From NCBI GenBank assembly GCA_040285855.1, contig JAUFOQ010000013.1, positions 372,001-436,000 of the forward strand: DNA of 64,000 nt, in the 5' to 3' direction. The stretch is from Eukaryota sp. GEM-RC1 (lineage: Eukaryota). Each line of letters starts with the position of its first letter. The stretch's first letter is position 1. Of the stretch, positions 26,085 through 35,640 are shown in pieces. Position numbers and translations under genes: made by a program. The notes beneath the pieces were generated by a model. The model was not told the DNA's origin. It saw only the letters and a program-made list of their open reading frames with translations, and made no database searches.

Positions 26085-27320
26085 GTCTATTTACTACAAA
26101 AGACTGAGAACTCAAAACGTCATACTTGATTACTTTACCACCCCGAATGGTGAAGTGTAAACGTGATCAACTAACCAACATCTCTATAACTCGTAAAAAC
26201 ACTTCAATTCTGAGGTGTTAGAGATAGACAGAGTTGACTCACTGACAAATCTTTTTTTCAAGATTTCAAACAATGACAGACTCTCGAGGAGAAACCTTAA
26301 AGTAACGGTAAGACACCCTTGACTCTTCACTGTTCATGTGTTAGAAGATCGATCAACGAGACCCTCATACTAGGGTAGAATGTAATTCAAAGAAGGAAGG
26401 GGGATGTGTGGAAATGTAAGAGACACGGGAGAGGACCTATAAGCAACGCAGTACTACCATTGAAAGTATCTTTCACGATGACTTGAGGATGTAAGAGAGT
26501 GAGTGGAAGAGATTTCTCTCTCCCCATTATGAAGCACTTCTCTCAATAGGGAATGCTGTTTTGAAAGCATCGTGGTTATCTGACCGTCGTTTTAGTCGTG
26601 TTGGTTCTGTAGTAACGTCTTAATGGTTCTATCTACGGATATCCTTCCACTACCTCTCCTTGTCTCTCTTAATGTCAGCTTCATCTCCTCCTCCATGCTC
26701 TTTTCTCCTCTTTACACTGCCGTAACAACTCGTCGTCTTTCCATCACGTCTCTCATTGATCTACACATTGTTCTCGTTATGATCTCTTCTTGGTGACGTC
26801 ATCTACTGCTATACCAACTCATCTTTCTTATTCTGAAGATCACGTGTTCTTATATTCTTGAAGTATTTTACTTTTAATCATTACAGTGTCAAGAGTAATC
26901 ATTAAATTCACTTAGAATAGCTATTTCCTAGAGTATCTGCTTTTTCTCTTGAACTTAACTTTTCAGGGAAGTAAACGAAGATCTATACACTTTATTATAC
27001 TTGGTTTTTGATTCAATTACCATTAAACTCTACATACTCATTGTACAAGATATCACTGGTTTACTTGGCTCTAATTGTTGAGTATACGAGTATTTCTTAT
27101 TGTTATTGAGGGTTATTTGTTAAAGTATTTGACAATGTGATGTTTTTATTAGAATGTTTTTCTTTTAAAACCCATTATTATTTTAAGTAACCAAATTGTC
27201 TTATTTAATATTATTTAAATACTTGCTTAATGTGTAGTTCTATTCGATGGAGGAAGGAATTTTTCACCATTCAGAACTTCGCTTATTTTAAATTGATTTC
27301 TGTGTTAAAATAGAAAACAT
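26085..27320. repeat. Right arm of ~1.24-kb inverted repeat
   Basis: Reverse complement of 21394-22638. Confidence 0.9.
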
Positions 27321-27511
27321 AACTAATTCTTCATGTTATTGACAACAACACTACCTTGTACATACATCTAATAATCAATATCCTCAGAGTCCAGATTGCC
27401 TATCTGGAAATTCTCACCTACATTATTCTCATAATGTCTGCCAAGAGGAAATAAAGCGCTAGATACAGAAGTCACCATACCTTTAAAGATAGCAAACACA
27501 ATTCGACTTTT

Positions 27512-28102
27512 TCAAAGTCTAATATCAAAAGTCCTAGATGTTTTTTCTTTTACAATCTTCACAAAGATTTCAAGTAATGATTCAATGACAATGGTACCGT
27601 AGAATCTTTCAATGAACGAAGAAGAAGACGACAACAACTTTTCACATTTTCCTTTATTCACATTGAAGAATGTTCGATCGTTAAGATAATCTTGGTTGGT
27701 GAAAGGTCGATGAATACGTTCTTCATCGCGTGAATCAAGATACTTTTCGAGTTCTACATAGTACTCTTTGAATCTGTTACTGATTTTTTTCTTCTTCATT
27801 TCCTCGTTTAACTTTAACATTATTGAGTTGAATGCAACATCAAAATCAATGGAGTTAAAATTGACCCTGTAAACTTCTTTGAATGAATTGAGATCAACAG
27901 GCTTATAATATCTTGATACGCCACGTATTGATTGTTTGAAAGAAATCAAATCATTTTCAATAGTTTGATAGTCAAAACTATCGTCAACTGACCATTTAGT
28001 AGAATTTTTTCCCATTAACTTGTGATCTACATCTGGTTTGGAACGAAGGTAACGAAAGGGGAGTCTTTGGGCGATTTGCTTCTCTCTTGATGCTTGGAGC
28101 AT
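27512..28102 (-). CDS. Hypothetical protein (island, right arm)
   Basis: 196-aa ORF; GTAGAAAAATG at the start. Confidence 0.55.
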   Translation of the reverse strand: MLQASREKQIAQRLPFRYLRSKPDVDHKLMGKNSTKWSVDDSFDYQTIENDLISFKQSIRGVSRYYKPVDLNSFKEVYRVNFNSIDFDVAFNSIMLKLNEEMKKKKISNRFKEYYVELEKYLDSRDEERIHRPFTNQDYLNDRTFFNVNKGKCEKLLSSSSSFIERFYGTIVIESLLEIFVKIVKEKTSRTFDIRL

Positions 28103-28200
28103 TTTTCTACCTTGGAAAAATATTAAAAAAAACCCTTTGGGTGTAGATATATAAGGGGGTGGGGAACCAGAAAGTTTTTTCTTTTTTTCTTTTTCCTTTT

Positions 28201-28800
28201 TTAAGAGTGTTCAGTTCGGTTACGGTATCTATCAGTGACGAGGTATACAGAGAATACTGGATGCATTCTAATACTTTTCGAGGCTTCTGCGGCTTCATGG
28301 AGATGAGAGTCATAGTCTCCAGTGTCTTTAAGATCTGTCATCTTCTTGAAAGAAAATAGGTAATTGCCATAAGTTCTAAAGATAATGAAGAAGATTGTCA
28401 ATAAAAATCTTTGGTCGAATGTTAAAGTTCTTGCTCTACTCATGATTTTTTGACAAATTTTATAAATTCTGGTGCAGGAGCCTTTGATTGCATTTAATTC
28501 CTCGTCCCTAATTCTTTTAACACAATTGTAGTGCGATGAATAATTAAAAAGAGTAGTGCGGTGTTGTTCTGGTACATAAAGTTTAGTGATTATTCCATTG
28601 GACGGATGTCCTAATAGAATGCCAGCCATTTCAAGATATGGCTCATCATTGTTTAATTTAGTGATAAATTCCTCAATTAATTCTTGAGGAAGCAGCAATT
28701 CTTCTGGGAGAGGGTTCCGTGATCTACGGGAAATAGGAGCCACCCCTTCTTCTTCTTCTTCGATTTGGATCCAATTCACAGCGAACAGCAGCTTGGCCAT
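28201..28800 (-). CDS. Hypothetical protein with an MPN/JAB-like N-terminal half
   Basis: LPQELIEEF..LEMAGILLG..IITKLYVPEQ resembles the AMSH-type MPN start; no clear HxH..S..D motif. Confidence 0.35.
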   Translation of the reverse strand: MAKLLFAVNWIQIEEEEEGVAPISRRSRNPLPEELLLPQELIEEFITKLNNDEPYLEMAGILLGHPSNGIITKLYVPEQHRTTLFNYSSHYNCVKRIRDEELNAIKGSCTRIYKICQKIMSRARTLTFDQRFLLTIFFIIFRTYGNYLFSFKKMTDLKDTGDYDSHLHEAAEASKSIRMHPVFSVYLVTDRYRNRTEHS

Positions 28801-28859
28801 TAAAAACAATGACGTAGGGGTTTGGCATTAGGTTACAAAATTTACAGGGGTTTCGACTT

Positions 28860-29436
28860 TTACAAGTCGCCAGGATCCCCACCTAAGTAATTAGCTCGTT
28901 CTACTTCATAACGTTGACGAGCATATTTCTCAATGGTGTTAACAGCATCCCATCCTGGCGAGTCAACAGCTATTTCTTCCTCAATCCGTTTATCAATCAT
29001 GCATGATTTCATGTAAGTTCTCTCTTCTTCACATGCATTTTCGTATCGGAATCTCCACTCAGAAGCGAAGAACATCGACAATAAGTATACGGCATGTAGG
29101 CAATTGCAAGTGGCATTGGGGTAGAACAGAAGCTTCACCTCTCAAAGTAGAGATGCCATTGGAAATTGCTGCTGGAAATTTCCAGGGGCTTGCCTGGACT
29201 ATATAGCTCAAAAGAAACACATACTACCTATTGTTAGGGTTCATTAAAATCCCCCGTACTAATGCATATACAGTTTACCTTATTAATTCGCCCTCAAGCT
29301 CAAAATCTGGATCAATGGCTGCTCGTTTTTTTGAAGAAAGGACTTTATTAATGAATTTGTCAATGTCAACTGAAGGAAAGCGTGTAGTAGGGATTGGGTA
29401 TCCCGTGACAGTTCTATTGAAGGTGATTATCGTCAT
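28860..29436 (-). pseudogene. Island ORFan family, copy A (stops and a 60-bp insertion)
   Basis: Homologous to 29580-30057: RGILMNP, WRF.YENACEE, DSPGW, YL..PGDL*. Confidence 0.65.
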
Positions 29437-29579
29437 TGGAGAGTGGTAAAAGTCAATTAGACTAATTATCAATTTTAAACAAATCATTCACTTTTCTACA
29501 ATAAAAATAGTTTTTCTATGGTACAATTTTTTTGTAGCGCTTATTCCGACAAATCTAAGGGGTTTTTTATTTACAATAT

Positions 29580-30057
29580 TTACAAGTCGCCAGGATTCTC
29601 CTCCAAGTACTTAGCTCGTTCTATCTCATATAGTTGACAAACATACTTCTCAAACGGATTGACATATTTCCATCCTGGCGAGTCAAGAGAAATTTCTGCT
29701 TCGATCTGTTTATCAACCATGCACGATTTAATGTAGATTTTCTTTTCTTCACATGCATTTTCATATTCGAATCTCCAATCAGCGTTACCTCTCATAGTAG
29801 AGATGGTGCAGGAAACACCAGCCGACAATTTTAAGGGGTTTGTCTGATATAACTTAAAAGAAACACATACAACATACTATAGGGTTCATTAAAATCCCCC
29901 TTAACAAATCGTCAAGTGTGACCGAGGCTCCAGCACTATGATAGCAATCATCGGTATCAAAGGCAGTAGTTACAATCTGTATGAATTCGTAAATTACAGA
30001 GGAAGGTTTGCGATTTTCTGGAATTGGGAATGGTAGGGTGGTTCTATCGTTTGACAT
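29580..30057 (-). pseudogene. Island ORFan family, copy B (frameshifted)
   Basis: Tandem paralog of copy A. Confidence 0.65.
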
Positions 30058-30200
30058 ATTGTAAAGGCGTAAAAGTCAAATTCATAAATTATCCATTTCC
30101 TAAAATTCATTCACTTTGAAAAAACCAATGAATTATCAATTTCTTAGTATATATTCAAAATAAATTCTTTATATACTTATTATTTACGGAATCTATAGAC

Positions 30201-30725
30201 TTATCTAGATGTTCTAGAAGTTCCAATCATTATGAGTTTCATTTGAATTAATTTATTATTCAAATAATTCAGAATTGGATCCACAATGTTGGAAACTGTA
30301 TCAGCAATATATAGAATTAAATGACCTTCATCATTTAAATGTCTTATTGCCTTATCAAGAACTGGAAACATCCAAAGTTCTAACCATTCATCAACAGTGT
30401 CACCAAATACCTCAACATCTCCATACTTTTCATATTTGAAAAATGGAGGAGACGTGAAGATAAAGTCAAACTTATCAATTAACATTTCTTGATAATACAT
30501 GTCCTCAAACAGGTCAAGTGGAGACAACAAGTATCTACCATTTTTCGAAACTTGTCCTTTCATTTGTTCATGTTCTTAGAAAATATCTGTAATTAGATCA
30601 TAATCATAATCGTGCTTATTACATCTATTATAAGGTTTATGTGTCTCTTTAATAAGATCAGTCAATAGTTATTGTTGTTTTAGGAATCCAGTTTCTTTTA
30701 AGAGGAAAGTAATTTAATTTTTCAT
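30201..30725 (-). pseudogene. Amino (N4-C/N6-A) DNA methyltransferase remnant, giant-virus type
   Basis: FDFIFTSPPFFKYEKY..W...WMFPVL.KA..HL..EGHLILYI; no SAM-binding motif seen, so probably internally deleted. Confidence 0.7.
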
Positions 30726-30743
30726 TTGTACATTACTACAACA

Positions 30744-33700
30744 GAGAAGAGTTTATTTGCAACAATAAATTAATACATACTAATTCAGATAATGAAAGAA
30801 GTTAAATTCTCCACATCAACACGAGAATTGTCCCTATACAACTTCGAATATATGGAACATAAATACTTGGGAATGCTTCTATAAAGAGCAAACATAATTC
30901 GATTAATCCATACAGCGCTATTAAACACCTTGCCATTAGAACGACATAAAAGACTAAAATCACTGAAAAACTTTAAACCGGCTGGACCAATATTACCAAA
31001 AATTGAAATTGCAAATGGAACAAAAGAAAACTTAGAATATAGATTTTCATTAAGTTTCTGCAAAGCATCCGCATAATTTGAACACTTTCGCTGTTCAGCC
31101 TTTTCCAGATGACCATTCGAATCATTCAGTATGGAGTCTTGGTAGACTTTTGCAAAGGGTCAACTGTAGTAAAATCAACCACAACTTGAGATGAATCCAG
31201 ATAAGGAGCAATTAAGTCACCACGCCGAGAATCAAACACGTTATTGTCACTATAATGTTTCAGAAGAGGTTCAATTTTACAACTATAGTTGTAGGATTTG
31301 AACATTTCATAAGTAACGTCACGAACAGCGTTATGTAGAACAGATCGAAATTGCAAAAATTTCTTGCAACTAACAACATGACGAAACGTGGCTGTAGATC
31401 GGTTATCGCAAACACAGATTGAATTATTTAGCAAGCCACTAGGGAATAAACCTAATCGAAGACGCATATTTTGCTTCCAAGCATCATTGTTCAAATGTAA
31501 ACCAAAAGGTCTTGGTTGTTGAGTGATGAAGCTAGAACATTGTTGAATGTCACATAAAAAAGCTGCAAAGACGGGATTATCAATCTTAGTCACACTAAGT
31601 CTTTTACTAAAAACCAAGTCTTCCAACCCAAGTAATGTAACATTCTGTAACTTAACTACAGCAAGAGGTAGAAATTCAATTGACCGATCAGGAATAGATG
31701 AAACACTTTTCGGGAAACTTTTGTTCCAAACTTCAATAGGCAAATTTTGAACTAACTCCTCCAAAGAGTTCAATAAAGCGTAAGAGCCGTCTACAACTGA
31801 ATCAAAAATATTTTCGAACCGAAGCTTACTCTCAAAAGAAAGTTCTTCATACCACCAACGAAAGCACTTTTACATACATACTCAGCTCTTGAAAAACCAA
31901 CACCACCAAATTTTGAACTGAAAAAGGCATGATAAGGAATTTTGGAACTATTGATTTCAACCAAATTCCCTAAAAATTGAGTTCTCAAAGAGTTGAACTC
32001 ACGAGCAAAACCAAGAGAAAGTTCAGGTGGTAAAGATCTAAGAAGATGATTGATTTTCGATCCAAAACAGACTGAAAGTACCGAAAAGGCCAAGTGGTTA
32101 TCGATCTTGAGATCTTGTATAGTCTGCAATTGAACTTTGATTTTCTGAAGATAGTTCTTGAGCACACTCTCAATCTGCAAAGGATTGTCAAAATAGGAAC
32201 CCAAAAAACGGACAGCTTCAGTGTTATAGTCCACAAACTGGATAGATTGCTCACCATACATAAGTTCCGCAAACCGCTTACCAATAAGAAAACATTTAGG
32301 TAGTTTGATTTCTAAACCAATTGATTGTGATAAACTTACAAAATGTTTTAAACCATCCTTAAGAGAACTTAAAGGACCAATAAGAGAAGAATCATCAGCG
32401 TAAGCACACAAATGAATATCAGGAAATCTATCCTTAAACTTAACTAAAATGGATTGAAGAGCCAAACAAAAGAAAAAGGGATAGACTATATACACCGCAC
32501 GACATTTTACTATTCACACGACATTCTTGTTTATGTCGTGTCCCAAGCTGATTTCTCTTGCATCATTCTTCCCTGTTTCATATCAAACACATATTGGTTT
32601 ATTTACTAAAGAAATGCTATCCACTCTTCCTATCCCCTCTTACGCTTTAAAGAGGGGATAGACTCTAATTCCTTTAATCACGCCTTTTGTTCTTCCTCGT
32701 AACGCTTTGCATGTTAAAGAAACTTTCTTTTGAGCTCTTCGTCTTCTCCATTAACTTGGTTCATCATTTCGATAATCAGTTTCCCAATCTCTTCTTCTTG
32801 TGGGATGCTAGTTCACCATAACTAGCATCCCATAACTATCCACATGTTTTGCATGAAATGAAGCCATAACAGCTTATTCTTCTATTAGCTCATGATTGTG
32901 CTGAAGAGTGTTATTCTGTCTTCTAAATCTGTAAATCAAATAGAAGGGACAATTGTTTTTCTTACTTTGTGTGTGACGTAAACCAATATAGGCAGTCCAT
33001 GTAACATAAACTAGTTTATCCTTTTACTTTCTGGTGTGTTCCATAAATACTTCAGAACAACCATTTGAGCCTTATTATGCAATTTTTCATTTAATTCGCA
33101 CATATCATCAGTACATTATGTCCAAAATTCAGCAGTATCAGGAAACGTAACATTATCTAGAACAGCATTACATTGTGGATGGTAGCGGAATTCTCAGCAG
33201 GAGCAGTAGTATCATTGATTGTTTCAGCTTTGTGATCAGATACAACAAATGGGTTGGCAAGAAATGGGCCATTGAGTTCAACATCACTGCAATAATCAAG
33301 AATAGAAGTGATCATCTGATGATCTAATTATGGAAGGAGAGCCATCACAAACAGCAACATTCTCATTAGAGACCTCAGTAGATGCGGTTATATTAGGAAA
33401 ACGGGGAGGGCAAAAAGACATGAGTAGAGAGAGTTGTGTGCGGTGTATGTAGTCAATTCCAAGAAAAAGGGTCCTAGAGGATCCCCTTGTTTAACTCCTC
33501 TTGTTGAAGAAATTACTTTAGAATGAAAAACAAGATCAGATGGAGATCCGTACATCAATTTAAAAATATGGTAAAAGGGGTGGAAAGTGTTGTTCCAATT
33601 CAGAGAAAATACTTGAGCGAAGGATTGAATTGAAGGCATTCTTATAATCCACGTTCAACAAAAAATTGTGTTCAGACTGATTAAATAGCATATCAGAACA

Positions 33701-33926
33701 CAGAGCTGCACACGTTGTGCCATCGGGTATGCCAATAGCAAATTGAAATGGCCTAAAAAATTGAATGGATTGAGACTTGACTCTGCGAAAACACAAGATT
33801 GCGAGTAATCTCATGACAGATTCACCGACAGCAATGGGGCGGACACCTCCACCAGACTTGTTTATAGCAATCAAACGAGAGGCAGTTAATGCAGGAGGCA
33901 TCTTACATCTTCCCATGATAACATTG
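30744..33926 (-). mobile_element. 5'-truncated CRE-like non-LTR retrotransposon (RT, CCHC, RLE), interrupted by a DNA transposon
   Basis: GVRPIAVGE, DYKNAFNSI, GVKQGDPLGP, YADD, GGVG, CVC..HVVSC, RRGDL..VVVDFT, FVPFA; 11-bp TSD TTACTACAACA at 30733-30743 and 33927-33937. Confidence 0.9.
32478..33460. mobile_element. Non-autonomous TIR DNA transposon inserted in the RT gene
   Basis: 23-bp TIRs GGGATAGACTATATACACCGCAC / GGAATTGACTACATACACCGCAC; 8-bp TSD AAGAAAAA; removing it restores QGDPLGPFFFCLAL. Confidence 0.85.
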
Positions 33927-35299
33927 TTACTACAACAAATTCATTTTGTTGTAAGTAAATATGGAAAATACGGATGGATTGAAGTTGTGTTATGCTACTA
34001 CTAGTTTTATTTTCAGTCCTGAATACTGTGTATTTATTGCTGCTACAATTTAAGCAAAGTGGAATACATGATTGAATTTCTGCAGCTGTAAAAGTTTTGA
34101 ATGTACTATTCAATGTTGGTGCTACTTTCGGGACTCAATGTATTCATGTAGTTATCACAAAAAATTCAAATAAAAGAGAATATTCTCATGCAAAACTAAC
34201 ACTGAAGGCTTCTTCTGAATACAATAAAAATATTGCAAAATGCCATGAAGTTGAAATCAAGATATCGTATACTTGACATTAACGATTGAATTACAAATTC
34301 AGGAAATTCAGTTTGAATCTCTATGAAATCAAAATCGAATAATTGATGGAACAGTGCAGTCACAAGTAAATGATGGCATTACTCTAATTCATGATGAATC
34401 AAATTTTTGCATAATTTCAATATGCTTTTCATCAAGAGTTGCAGTTGTTTTCACTGATTATCCCCTTTAATATATTCTATATCATTTTCTTTTAAAGAAT
34501 CAATGAATTTTCAAAAATAAGGATTGTTACTCTTATCAATAGCATAGTACGTTAACTCTTCCATGTCAATTGTACCTCCAATAGTTACACTTTCTTGTTC
34601 AGTATATGTCCAAAAATATACAAAGAGCGAAAAGAAGTAGGTGATTTGATTGCGATCAAAATGAATAAAAATGGATATTTTTGTAAAACAGCTCAGTGAA
34701 ATAAAAGACATCATTTTATTGAATCCACTGACTTAATGTACAATAAGTTGGACCAGAATTGTATACATGTTATCTGGGTCTACAATCGTTCATAACTATC
34801 GAATAACCATTCACAAACAACAGAAATCCATTATGCATTCAGGGGTAACGGATAGCCGCAAATCAAAAGATTCGAGGAAGAAATGAATGTAGTGTCTGTA
34901 AGAAAAATGGACATATTATGAAGAAATTAATAATACACCTTTGGCTATAGTTAATCGTAGAGATAATGTGAAGTTGAAAAGCACAGTTATACGTGGGCAT
35001 TGACTGAGTGTAAAATGAGTATAACGAATTCTACTTTCATTTGATTTTTTCCTTCTAGAATTGTACCATTCTAGAAAGACAAATCATTGCTCTTAACCAT
35101 TGTTTTCTAACTTAACCGTTCCAAATGTAGACGGTAGAACAGATGTATAGTCACAATATCACTTCAAGATTATTCTCTCCGGTGTGGTTAAGCTGTCATT
35201 ATCGGACATTCTTCGCTAAATGTGAACAAAGTGGACGTAACTGATCACAATGATTTAGTTAGAAGATACATGAAAGAAAACAAGATACATTAATTGCCA

Positions 35300-35640
35300 G
35301 CAGTAGGCCACATTACCAGTCAGTGTGAGACCAAACCAGTTCAGCAACTGCCATGGTTGACTTTCTTCGCAATCATGACTTGAACTGGTCTGGTATGAGT
35401 AATGATGTTCACAAGAATATTCAGAATTGTGTATCATGTCCAAAGACCAAACCAATCAAAAAACTGCATGTGTAAAGCTTATATGCTCTTTTTTAAGCAT
35501 TTGTCGTGTCATTCAGTCCATTTGGATCTAATTGAAGTTTCCTAAAAACAAGAAAGTGATTCAAGACGTTCTGGTAAGTACGGATGTGATCAGTCGCTTT
35601 TCAATTTTGTCTCATTTGCAAGATACGTCATCAAACTGAG
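35300..35640 (+). mobile_element. LTR-retrotransposon integrase remnant
   Basis: WSGMSNDVHKNIQNCVSCPK (HHCC end), SVHLDLI, DVISRF. Confidence 0.6.
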
